In this document: positions 19,832 to 28,738 of the stretch, piece by piece
Layout: each line of letters opens with the position of its first letter
How positions within the stretch are numbered: position 1 is the stretch's first letter
Assembly (NCBI GenBank): GCA_947363565.1
Contig: CANAPP010000012.1
Span: forward strand, 423 to 64,422
From: an uncultured Lachnospiraceae bacterium
GTDB lineage: Bacteria; Bacillota; Clostridia; Lachnospirales; Lachnospiraceae
DNA length: 64,000 nucleotides
Reading direction: 5' to 3'
Position numbers and translations under genes: made by a program
The notes under the pieces: generated by a model
Databases searched by the model: none
Seen by the model: the letters and a program-made list of their open reading frames with translations, nothing else
What the model was told of the DNA's origin: nothing

Positions 19832-20770
19832 TTATCCTTCCACGCTGTATGCAAATGGCAGAAGTTCTTTCGCCCTGACCTTTTTCCTCTGTCCGTTCAC
19901 CGCGAGGATCACCTCGCATTCCGGCATATAGTCAAACAGCATCTGCCGGCAGTTTCCGCAGGGCGGGATGATCTCCTCCCCTTCTCTCCCCCGAACGGCC
20001 ACGATCGCCTCAAACTCTCTTTCACCCTGGGTTATGGCTGTCCCTATAGCGACCTGCTCGCCGCAGGCTCCATGGAGCGAGTAGACATTCACACCCGTAT
20101 ATACCTTTCCGCTGCCGCACCGGACTGCCGCGCCTACCGTATGGTTATAGCTGACCTCATCATAATTTGAACGGATTGCCTTTTGCGCCTGCACGATCAG
20201 CTCCTTATCTTTTTCGGTCAATGTATTCATATTATTCCTCCCAACTTTCCCCTCAGCTTCCGCTGTCTTCTCATACGCGATCCGGGGCGAACCGTCCTCC
20301 ACGTAGATGATGCCGCATCTTTGGAAGCCATTTTTGCTGATCAGATGCTGCATGATACGATTATCCTCATGGGTGTCTACCCGCAGATGGTTGATCCTCT
20401 CCTCGCAGAACGCCACGATCGCATCAAATATACCGTGTACAGTCCCGTCCCCGGCCACACGGTGGAGCGTTCCGTACGCTGTACCGGAAATCCATCCGCC
20501 CTGCTCTATCCTTTCGTATGTCGGCTCTTTCCCAACGATAAATGCGAACACGCCATGTATCACGCCGTCCCTTAGATCCTTCAAAACGTAAAGCTGCCCG
20601 GCGCTGATATCCTCTATGAGCAGGCTCTCCGGCGGGAAACTGTCCTTCCACTGGCTTTCGTTTCCCGACTTTTTCATGAACCCTCTGGCACATTCGTAGA
20701 TACGAAGTATCTGTGGAAGCTCCTGCATGTCCGCATGGCTGACCGTAAGATTATTTTTCATTGCCGTCAT
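19832..20770 (-). CDS. GNAT acetyltransferase fused in frame to cytidine/blasticidin-S deaminase-like domain
   Basis: GNAT part ends ...GSPRIAYEK; deaminase part from 20230 has HTVGAAVR, CGE, PCGNCRQ; internal RBS GGGAGG at 20237-20242. Confidence 0.85.
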   Translation of the reverse strand: MTAMKNNLTVSHADMQELPQILRIYECARGFMKKSGNESQWKDSFPPESLLIEDISAGQLYVLKDLRDGVIHGVFAFIVGKEPTYERIEQGGWISGTAYGTLHRVAGDGTVHGIFDAIVAFCEERINHLRVDTHEDNRIMQHLISKNGFQRCGIIYVEDGSPRIAYEKTAEAEGKVGRNNMNTLTEKDKELIVQAQKAIRSNYDEVSYNHTVGAAVRCGSGKVYTGVNVYSLHGACGEQVAIGTAITQGEREFEAIVAVRGREGEEIIPPCGNCRQMLFDYMPECEVILAVNGQRKKVRAKELLPFAYSVEG

Positions 20771-20883
20771 AGTTCTGCCTCTCCTTTTCTATCACGTAAG
20801 ACCGCAGGCACAGGGCCAGCGCTGCAGCCGACCGCCAGGCAGACGGTCAGCAGCATAGCGCCGGCCAATCGTTTCATCTTCAT
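20767..20883 (-). pseudogene. lipoprotein signal-peptide stub (38 aa)
   Basis: RBS GGGAGG; MKMKRLAGAMLLTVCLAVG-C lipobox, then stop after 18 more residues. Confidence 0.5.
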
Positions 20884-20946
20884 CCTCTTCCTCCCTTTAC
20901 GTCTGATTCTGTGCGCGGGCCTCTGCCCGCACACACGGGACAGCTT

Positions 20947-21294
20947 TCATCTGCGGACAAGTATTCCCTTCATATATGGAGTTTCATTGTGCGTCCGGCA
21001 GATCAGTTCCTTCTCTTCCTCGGTGCAGGAAAGCAGGATCTTGATCTCGGAATCCCGCTTTAGCAAATCGATGATCACCATGACGGCTTCGGCGTATCTC
21101 CCCCCTGCCGTCCCAACCCAAACGTCTATCCCGTCCCCGTCCATCGAGGACGTGTCCTTCAGATATCCGTAATCTGCTTTATAGATGAATCCAGGATATT
21201 TCGGGTGCACGCTGCCCTTCGGCCGGTCAATGACTATCTCAGAGCTTTTCACCAGCTCATCTACAGCTTTCCAAAAATTTTCATCTGCTTTCAT
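20947..21294 (-). CDS. inorganic pyrophosphatase-like protein
   Basis: IDRPKGSVHP, YKADYGYL, DGDGIDVW. Confidence 0.8.
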   Translation of the reverse strand: MKADENFWKAVDELVKSSEIVIDRPKGSVHPKYPGFIYKADYGYLKDTSSMDGDGIDVWVGTAGGRYAEAVMVIIDLLKRDSEIKILLSCTEEEKELICRTHNETPYMKGILVRR

Positions 21295-21317
21295 CTCTTT
21301 ATTCCTCTCATTTCGCA

Positions 21318-21821
21318 TCAATGAATTTCTGCTGCCAGAATCTCCTTTGCAACAGCTTCGGCGGTCTTGCCTTTCGTATCGATCTTCTCCGTCTCTAATA
21401 CCCCGTAAAGCGAAAGCCGCAAGACACTTCGCAAGACAGCGTCTTCTGTGCGGATGCCTTTATCAATATCCTTCCCAAGCCGCGCCTTTAGTGTCTCCTC
21501 GTCGCAGACAAGGGAGATATTCCTGACCTTACAGTTTTTCAGTGAAATGTTCCCTAAAATGTCATCAATGATACCCTGCTCGTGCATGACCCAGCAGAAG
21601 ATCACATTTTCATATACCGTACAGCGAAGGAACTGGTTCAGCAGAAAACAGATATTTTCCATGACCATACTCTTCGTCTCCTCCGTCACCTGAAATGGGT
21701 GGGCATCCCAGCACCAGTCCCCGTCCAAAAATACGCTGTCCGGCAGGCGGCGCTTAAGTATCTGGCATACTGTACTTTTCCCGACTCCCATCGTGCCGCC
21801 GACCAGGTATAATGTTTTCAT
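21318..21821 (-). CDS. AAA/P-loop nucleotide kinase-like protein
   Basis: GGTMGVGKSTVC, FLDGDWCW. Confidence 0.82.
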   Translation of the reverse strand: MKTLYLVGGTMGVGKSTVCQILKRRLPDSVFLDGDWCWDAHPFQVTEETKSMVMENICFLLNQFLRCTVYENVIFCWVMHEQGIIDDILGNISLKNCKVRNISLVCDEETLKARLGKDIDKGIRTEDAVLRSVLRLSLYGVLETEKIDTKGKTAEAVAKEILAAEIH

Positions 21822-21854
21822 ATCCCTTAACCCTCCATCGGATTTTATCACACT

Positions 21855-22391
21855 TTACAACACTTTTTCATAAAGATCATACCAGGGAAGCCCGTATTCT
21901 TCGTATCCCAGGCTTACTGTCCCGATAAACTGATATCCGCGTTTCCGATAAAGCCGTTCTGCGGGAAGATTATCTTTTACGACATCAAGTCGGATACTTA
22001 TGCAGCCCTCCTCCCGTGCGGCCTGTTCAGCAAACATCAATAATTCTGTTCCTATACCGCACTTCAGACAGTCCGGATGGACAGCAAGGGTATAGATTAC
22101 ATAAATATGCTGATAATCATCCCTGGTCAGCCATTTACCGTTTTTATATCCTTCTTCCGGCTCGTGTCTTAAAATGACTGTTCCGACAAGTTTCTTTTCC
22201 ATCCAGGCAACGTACAGCGCATCTTCCTCAAGCCCTTTTTCCGCATCTAAACGAATCGGGTATACGCCTTTTTTCCACCCTGGATAATTTCTGTGGGCTT
22301 CCAAATAATCGCACACTTCCCCGTACAGTTTTCCGATATCATCGAGATCTCCTGCTAAAGCTTTCCTGATCTGAACGCCGTGTTTCATCAT
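21855..22391 (-). CDS. GNAT acetyltransferase
   Basis: LAVHPDCLKCGIGTELL, NLPAERLYRKRGY. Confidence 0.9.
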   Translation of the reverse strand: MMKHGVQIRKALAGDLDDIGKLYGEVCDYLEAHRNYPGWKKGVYPIRLDAEKGLEEDALYVAWMEKKLVGTVILRHEPEEGYKNGKWLTRDDYQHIYVIYTLAVHPDCLKCGIGTELLMFAEQAAREEGCISIRLDVVKDNLPAERLYRKRGYQFIGTVSLGYEEYGLPWYDLYEKVL

Positions 22392-22426
22392 TAACTCCTC
22401 CCATCCTGTCCCGCAGATCAGTCAAA

Positions 22427-22672
22427 TCAACTTAAAGAGCCGCCGTCTTGTTTGATCCTCTTTTTTATCAGCCACATGATCACAAGGAGTACTGAGGCGA
22501 AAATGACCGTGAATACAGCATTAATCTGGATGCTCAGATACCATGGCGCGGATGTCACCAAATACTTGTCAGGGTGCGCATAATAGTCATAACACCGGTA
22601 AATGCTTGTTCCAATAAAAAAGCCTGTCCCACTCCATAAAATAATCGTTAAAAGCCTGTAGATAATCCTCAT
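22427..22672 (-). CDS. small membrane protein
   Basis: Two TM helices, Y...SAPWY motif. Confidence 0.65.
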   Translation of the reverse strand: MRIIYRLLTIILWSGTGFFIGTSIYRCYDYYAHPDKYLVTSAPWYLSIQINAVFTVIFASVLLVIMWLIKKRIKQDGGSLS

Positions 22673-22789
22673 CGCGTCACGCCTCCCTTTCCCTCCCTGC
22701 CCTGGCAGGGCAACAGTTAAATAGATTATAACACATCAGGCACCAAAAATGGTGACGGAATAAAGCATTTCACAAAAACTGCGCCTTTA

Positions 22790-23266
22790 AAAATATCCGG
22801 TTCTACTGTACGCCTGCCGGCTACCATTTTGCCTTTTACTGGCAGGGTGACCGTGATATCTGGGTTAAAATTGAGAGATCTGCAAAAGAATTTTCAACTG
22901 ATGCGCAGGAGATTGCCGCATGGAACAGCTATTACGACGAAAGAGAGAGCACGCTCACTGACCGAATGGTGTTTATCGAAAACAGTAAGGGCGAGAACGT
23001 AGCGACCGCATACTACGATGTCACCGGCCGGGACCGATTGGGCGCCGGCCGGCTGCATTGGAAGACTCGGATACACTCATGCCAGGATTCCGACACAGAC
23101 TACAACGTGGCTTGCGTGCAAAGTGTACCTCGACTTTGGTTTTACCCCTCTTCCCCAAAATGCCGTTAACAGCAGGGACGGCTGGGGGATCATCAAGGCG
23201 CTCACCAACCATGCTGCACTAAGCTCCTTCGACTGTGCAAGTATTGATGAGATCATCGCAAAGTAA
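22790..23266 (+). pseudogene. GNAT pseudogene with internal deletion/frameshift
   Basis: Frame A: AGYHFAFYWQGDRDIWVKIERSAKEF...GRLHW. Frame B: LGYTHARIPTQTTTWLACKVYLDFGF...*. The acetyl-CoA-binding motif expected between them is missing. Confidence 0.7.
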
Positions 23267-23342
23267 GGCCTGGCCTGTGCTTAGCTGTCCTTTGCATTCA
23301 GCCAGACAGCAGTTCATCGTCTCTTCCTCTTCTGCAAAAGCA

Positions 23343-23549
23343 TCAGTCTGCCCTGGCAAAAATGACCGTCTGCTCCTTCATCGAGATTTTCCCGACCTGA
23401 TAGCCGTATTCTGCCAGTTCCTTTTTATATGTTAAAAAGGAATGGTCTATGGGAATTCCCGCGATATCCTGTATCTGCGCGAAGGTCAGCTTAAAAGACT
23501 GTCTCCCGTCGTTTTTCACATATTCCCACAAAGCATTATACTTACTCAT
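23343..23549 (-). CDS. small hypothetical protein
   Basis: RBS GGAGG; MSKYNALWEYV...KLTFAQIQDIAGIPIDHSFL. Confidence 0.7.
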   Translation of the reverse strand: MSKYNALWEYVKNDGRQSFKLTFAQIQDIAGIPIDHSFLTYKKELAEYGYQVGKISMKEQTVIFARAD

Positions 23550-23979
23550 AATCCTTCCTCCACATCATCGTATATTCTTTCTCGCCTGTACCCTCGTCCA
23601 CACCTTCAGACCGAACCACGAACTTCTCTCTCCGATAGAACTGCACCGCCCGCTCATTCTTCTGATATACGTGCAGATAAAGCTCATGCCTTATCCCCTT
23701 CACATGATCTAAAAGCTGCTTTCCGATACCGCTGGAACGCATCCCATTCCGGACAAAGATCCCTGCAAGATAATCATCATCCAGGCCGATAAACCCCGAC
23801 ACTCCGTCTTCGTCTTCAAAAATATACACTTCCGCCTGACCGAGCATCTCCTTCACTGCCTCAAAATGGTCTCTCCAGTACCGGGCCGGGATAAACCCAT
23901 GAGCTTCCAGATTCACACAAAGCCAGATATCCGCGACCTCATTTATATCTTTTTTCCGCCGTCTCCTGATCATGAACAC
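23542..23979 (-). CDS. GNAT acetyltransferase (YjaB-like)
   Basis: GIFVRNGMRSSGIGKQLL, NERAVQFY. Confidence 0.88.
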   Translation of the reverse strand: MFMIRRRRKKDINEVADIWLCVNLEAHGFIPARYWRDHFEAVKEMLGQAEVYIFEDEDGVSGFIGLDDDYLAGIFVRNGMRSSGIGKQLLDHVKGIRHELYLHVYQKNERAVQFYRREKFVVRSEGVDEGTGEKEYTMMWRKDYE

Positions 23980-24581
23980 ACCTCATCCGGCTGCTGGCCG
24001 TCATGCGCCTTCCACTGGCATTCCAGCAGCTCCATCTCGGAAAACACTGCTTTAAAGGAAGAATCCTCCGGTGAGCAGGCATAGACGCCGAACCGTATCT
24101 GCCCCTTCCCATTATGCACATGGCAGACACGCATCTGCCGGAACTCTTTTCCGTCCGCCGAACACTCGATGCAGTAATCATCTTCCCTTCTGCTGAATCT
24201 GTACCACATAGACTTCACCGCCGCGTCGATCACCGTCGTCGCCCAGTCCGAGTATCCGTGATTGGTCACAACGCTGCCCAGATGCTGGTAATTTTCATTC
24301 TCATACTCGACTGAACCCTTGAGCCAGTTGTCACTGTCCAGATACATGACGATACCGCACTGGTCAAACCGATGATGGCTCTCCTCGAATTCTGTCTTCA
24401 CCACAAAGCTGAAATACTTCTCCTCTGTCTCCATCTGAAAGACCGGGGCATTATCATTCTGAAAATGATAATATGTCCTCTGCCACAGATCCGTGTGGGG
24501 CTTTGTGACAACCTCTATCCGCCCTTCCTTTATCGCACAGCTTTCTGGATCTCTTGTCCATACAAATTTTGTCAGATCCAT
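23970..24581 (-). CDS. DUF1349 family protein
   Basis: TDLWQRTYYHF, FDQCG, WLKGSVEYE, YACSPE. Confidence 0.85.
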   Translation of the reverse strand: MDLTKFVWTRDPESCAIKEGRIEVVTKPHTDLWQRTYYHFQNDNAPVFQMETEEKYFSFVVKTEFEESHHRFDQCGIVMYLDSDNWLKGSVEYENENYQHLGSVVTNHGYSDWATTVIDAAVKSMWYRFSRREDDYCIECSADGKEFRQMRVCHVHNGKGQIRFGVYACSPEDSSFKAVFSEMELLECQWKAHDGQQPDEVCS

Positions 24582-24632
24582 CCTGCTCTCCTCCTGCAAC
24601 TTAAATTTTCCGCCGCACTTGCCAGGCGGCAG

Positions 24633-25454
24633 TTAACGAAGCGCCTTCACCGGGCATTCTTTCACGCACTCATAGCACAGGATGCACTCCGTAGCATTCC
24701 GCCGTTTTCTGGATTCCCGGTTCACTTCCACATCCATCGGGCAGGCTTTCAGGCATTTCCCGCACTGGATACATTTACTCTCGTCACAGTGAACCCGCAG
24801 CATGGAATAGTAGCTCATCGGCTTCAGGAAGACTGTGACCGGACAGATGTATTTGCAGAATGCCCGGTTATCCCTGAATACAACTGCGAGAATGATCCCC
24901 ACCGCATAATAGAGCAGATTGCCGCCGATAAAAAGCCGGAACATCATCTCCTCCAGGTCTGCCGCTTTCATCAGGAACAATCCGGTGACCACGGCAAACG
25001 ACAGTGCAAATACTATATACCGGATATACCCCAGCCGCCGCCTTAAGCCCTCCGGCCGCTTATAAGGAAGCAGGTCTAAGACCATCGCCGTCCAGCAGGC
25101 ATATCCGCACCAGCCCCTGCCGAAAAATAACGGCCCGAATATCTTTGCCACCGCATAATGGATCACCGCCGCCTCAAAAACGCCCAAAAACAGATAGTAC
25201 CAAAGCCCCTCTATCTGCATATTTTCCCGGCAGATAATGCCGAGATAGACCAGCATATAAGAGCCCACGGCAAACTGGACAAACCGCCTGGCATACCTTT
25301 TCCCCCGGACAAACAGCGCAAGTCCCCCGGCGATGCACCCGCCGATATAAGTAAAGTTCAGCAGATAAAACAGGTTATCCTTCGCAAGCCACAAGGATAC
25401 CGCAACCGTCTCAAACAGACAGAACAACAATATTGATGGTATATATTTTTTCAT
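24633..25454 (-). CDS. membrane 4Fe-4S binding protein
   Basis: GRGWCGYACW, FCKYICP, CIQCGKCLKACP, CILCYECVKECP. Confidence 0.88.
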   Translation of the reverse strand: MKKYIPSILLFCLFETVAVSLWLAKDNLFYLLNFTYIGGCIAGGLALFVRGKRYARRFVQFAVGSYMLVYLGIICRENMQIEGLWYYLFLGVFEAAVIHYAVAKIFGPLFFGRGWCGYACWTAMVLDLLPYKRPEGLRRRLGYIRYIVFALSFAVVTGLFLMKAADLEEMMFRLFIGGNLLYYAVGIILAVVFRDNRAFCKYICPVTVFLKPMSYYSMLRVHCDESKCIQCGKCLKACPMDVEVNRESRKRRNATECILCYECVKECPVKALR

Positions 25455-25752
25455 CTAAAATCACCCTCTTTGCTTCTTTTTCCATCTTCCGATTTTCTTA
25501 AGAAATTTTATAAACATTTCTGTTTTCTGTCACACCCGCTTCACATTTCCTTACTATAATAATTTTATCGATTAAAGAAGACAGCGGTTGTGCTGACAGG
25601 TTCTGTATGATCGCTGGACTTCGCCTAAACAAATAACGAGTTGACTTTTTCTTTTCAGACAGCCCATATGCCGGACGGCATACAAGTGTTGTCTGTATAA
25701 ACATAGATTTTCCCCTCCAAAGGCCGGTGTTTTTACATCGGCCTCCTCTCTT

Positions 25753-26613
25753 TTATCCGGCTGTATGCTGTCTGCCCGCACGCGTATCTGCATCCGCATT
25801 TATCCTTGTATCCATACTGCCTGAGCGGAAACCTTCCAAATCCGCGGTCACATAAGTATAGCCAAGCTCCTTAAGGCCGTTTATCACCCTCTCCCGCTTC
25901 CTGACCAGCATCTGCAGATCCCTGCTGTCCACTTCAATCCTTGCCGTCTCTTCATGCACCCGCAGGCGCACATTATAAAATCCAAGCTCCCTAAGAAGTC
26001 GTTCTCCCCGCTCTACCTTGCGCATTGCCTCACCGGTAAGCTTCGTGCCGTAGGGAAATCTGGTGGCAAGGCAGGGCGATGCGGGCTTCCCTGATACGGA
26101 CAGCCCGTACTGCTCCGCCAGTCTCCGCACTTCTTCTTTCGTAAACCCTGCTTCGGCCAGCGGGCTGACAATGCCTAGCTCTCTCACTGCGCGAATCCCC
26201 GGACGGTAGGCCATAAGGTCATCCCCGTTAGTCCCTTCCATCACTGTGCCTGCCCCAAGCTTCTTCGCCTCCTTAAGGATGCTCTGGAACAGATATTTCT
26301 TGCAGCGGTAACATCTGTCCTCCGGATTATACAGGATGTCCGCTCCCTCAAGCTCATCAATCTCCAGAACTTTGAATACTGCACCGATCTCTTCTGCCAG
26401 CTTCCCGGCGCTCTCTGCCTCGCCGGACGGATGGAGCATCGTATGCAGAAATATGCCGTAGACAGCCCGGCCGGTCTTTTTTGCCGCCTCACCTGCCATC
26501 TTAAGCAGCAGCCCCGAATCCGCTCCCCCCGAAAATGCAACGATCACGTCCCTTTCCGCAAAAGAAGCCATCATCTTTTTCAGCTTTTCAATCTTCGTAT
26601 GGTCATCCCGCAT
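25753..26613 (-). CDS. larE: LarE ATP-dependent sacrificial sulfur transferase
   Basis: VAFSGGADS, RCYRCK, EGTNGDD, RPG, KPASPCLATRFPYG, DLEGFRSGSM. Confidence 0.92.
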   Translation of the reverse strand: MRDDHTKIEKLKKMMASFAERDVIVAFSGGADSGLLLKMAGEAAKKTGRAVYGIFLHTMLHPSGEAESAGKLAEEIGAVFKVLEIDELEGADILYNPEDRCYRCKKYLFQSILKEAKKLGAGTVMEGTNGDDLMAYRPGIRAVRELGIVSPLAEAGFTKEEVRRLAEQYGLSVSGKPASPCLATRFPYGTKLTGEAMRKVERGERLLRELGFYNVRLRVHEETARIEVDSRDLQMLVRKRERVINGLKELGYTYVTADLEGFRSGSMDTRINADADTRAGRQHTAG

Positions 26614-26623
26614 AGCCCTGTCC

Positions 26624-28039
26624 TCATTCCTGTCCGCAGCCGGATAAAAGCGCTGCCTTTGCTTCTTTTTGTATCCTCTCCCACACCTTGGTGTACGGAA
26701 GATTTTTTGCCGCCGCGATTGCCGCTGCGCTTTCATATTCCGGATAAATCCTTGATTCCCCATACACGTCGCATATCTTGACCTGTGCTTCTCCAAGGGA
26801 AGTCTCTACCTTCCGGACTTCCCTTTTCAGTACCGTCCGCTCCATCTTCACCCGGCGGATTCCGATGGTAGTCGTCTCTTTAAACAGAAGCTCCTCCAGC
26901 GCCGGAATATCCTTTTCGGTGCAGATAACATTAATCTGATATGCCGGGCGGTTCTTTTTCATAAATACGGGCATGTAGCTTACGTCCCTTGCTCCTGCCG
27001 CAAAAAGCCGCTCCATCACATAACCAAGCGCTTCTCCTGTGCAGTCGTCAATATTACTTTCCAGCTTATAGATATCGTCTGTCAGCGTCCTGCCTGTCCC
27101 GGCACCTCTTTCCGTCTCTTCGATGATCATCGTCCTAAGGATGCTTGTCTTTGCGTAATCTCTTTTTCCCGCGCCCATCCCGGCCGCCAGTATCTTATAT
27201 CCTTCCGGAAGCTCATCTGCCGTGCGCACTGCTGCCGCGATCGCTGCCCCGGTAGGCGTCACCAGCTCCGCCTCCACATTTGTCATATGCAGGGCAAGGC
27301 CATGCTCGGCCACAATGTGCATCACCGCTGGAACCGGTATCGGCAGGATCCCGTGGGCACACCGTACGGTTCCTTTCCCCTCATAAAGCTCCGGTATGAT
27401 GATATCTTTTATACCCAGATTGTCCAGGCAGATTGCTGCCGCCGCGATATCTACGATAGAGTCCACTGCCCCTACCTCGTGAAAATGCACACTTTCTATC
27501 GTAGCGCCGTGAGCTTTGGCCTCTGCCGCCGCCAGCACGCGGAATACATCAAGAGCTGTCTTCTTGGCTCCCTCGGTCATTCCCGATTGTCCGATGATCT
27601 CTGCCACATCCTTGAATCCCCGATGTACATGGCTGTGCGTATGAGGGGCATGGGCATGGCTATGGACGTGAGGCCCTTCCCCATGTATATGCTCATGGGC
27701 ATGGCTGTGGTCATGTGGCTCTTCCCCATGTATATGCTCACGCCCTCGCCCCTGCGTCCCATGTTCTCCGCCTTCCTGTCGGTGTCCGTATAAGTAGACG
27801 ATATCATGATCATGGTTGTAATACGGTTCTTCCAGTACCACATTAAAATCGCAGCAGTCCAGCCCCGACTTCTTCACTCTGCTGATCTCAACAGTAAATC
27901 CTTCCAGCGGCAGTGTATCAAGCTGCCGTCTAAGCTCCCGCTCATCCGCTCCCATATCCAGAAGCGCCGCTACCGTCATATCCCCGCTTATTCCCCCGTA
28001 GCATTCAAAATAAATCGCTTTCCGGCTCCTATTTTCCAT
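26624..28039 (-). CDS. larC: LarC nickel insertase with His-rich insert
   Basis: GISGDMTVAAL, HFHEVGAVDS, TPTGAAI, ESNIDD, TTTIGIR, YPEYE; HEHIHGEEPHDHSHA repeat. Confidence 0.93.
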   Translation of the reverse strand: MENRSRKAIYFECYGGISGDMTVAALLDMGADERELRRQLDTLPLEGFTVEISRVKKSGLDCCDFNVVLEEPYYNHDHDIVYLYGHRQEGGEHGTQGRGREHIHGEEPHDHSHAHEHIHGEGPHVHSHAHAPHTHSHVHRGFKDVAEIIGQSGMTEGAKKTALDVFRVLAAAEAKAHGATIESVHFHEVGAVDSIVDIAAAAICLDNLGIKDIIIPELYEGKGTVRCAHGILPIPVPAVMHIVAEHGLALHMTNVEAELVTPTGAAIAAAVRTADELPEGYKILAAGMGAGKRDYAKTSILRTMIIEETERGAGTGRTLTDDIYKLESNIDDCTGEALGYVMERLFAAGARDVSYMPVFMKKNRPAYQINVICTEKDIPALEELLFKETTTIGIRRVKMERTVLKREVRKVETSLGEAQVKICDVYGESRIYPEYESAAAIAAAKNLPYTKVWERIQKEAKAALLSGCGQE

Positions 28040-28123
28040 ATCGTGTATTTCCCTCCTGTAGCTTTAGTTTTCTTCCGAGATGAAAATTCCGCCTATCGAA
28101 ATGATATGCGGAATTTATCGCCT

Positions 28124-28723
28124 TTAATGTATAAATGGTTTCGCAATATACGGTATATATATCATGACCTTTCCCTTGATCATATCGTAGGTAACGGCCT
28201 CGTCATCCACCGCGTCGTTTTCTGTTCCCTTCGTGTAGAATGCCCGGCTGCCGCTTTCATTGTAGTCATCAATCTCGCTGACGATCTGATGGGTGACTGA
28301 CAAGCCCTGGCTGTTTATATAAGTGATCACATCCCCGATCTGAAGCTCCTCCATGGGTATCCCATACGAAAAAACAATACTCCCTTTCGGGATGGTATCA
28401 CCCATACTGTCAGTCATCATGCAGTAACAGTGCAGGTTGAATTTATCCATATTAGTAATGAACAGCGCTACCGCCAGAATCAGTATGATAAATCCTGCCG
28501 AGAAAAATTTGATCGCTTTATATTTTGACGCCGGCTTTGGCTTTACGGAAACTTCTGCCTCTCCGGTGTCGGAAACCGATTCCGGCTGCGCCGCCCTCAG
28601 CTCATCTTCTTTTGGCTTTTCCTCTGGCTCTGCAGCAGACGCTTTATTCTGTAAATCAATCTGAAATAACTCTTCCGGACTCGGAAAATTCCCCGAAAGT
28701 ATGTCAAAATCTTTTTTATCCAT
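28124..28723 (-). CDS. signal peptidase I, SipW/S26B type
   Basis: TM followed by TDSMGDTIPKGS, VTHQIV, TKGTEND. Confidence 0.8.
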   Translation of the reverse strand: MDKKDFDILSGNFPSPEELFQIDLQNKASAAEPEEKPKEDELRAAQPESVSDTGEAEVSVKPKPASKYKAIKFFSAGFIILILAVALFITNMDKFNLHCYCMMTDSMGDTIPKGSIVFSYGIPMEELQIGDVITYINSQGLSVTHQIVSEIDDYNESGSRAFYTKGTENDAVDDEAVTYDMIKGKVMIYIPYIAKPFIH

Positions 28724-28738
28724 ACATTACCCTTTTCT

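Noticed and set aside
22860-23266. Structured ncRNA in the apparent gap
   Set aside because: Explained by a two-frame GNAT pseudogene.
25498-25799. Small ORFs between the 4Fe-4S gene and larE
   Set aside because: No recognisable motif; they overlap a probable promoter region.
27630-27740. 45-bp direct repeat
   Set aside because: Encodes the known His-rich Ni-binding stretch of LarC.
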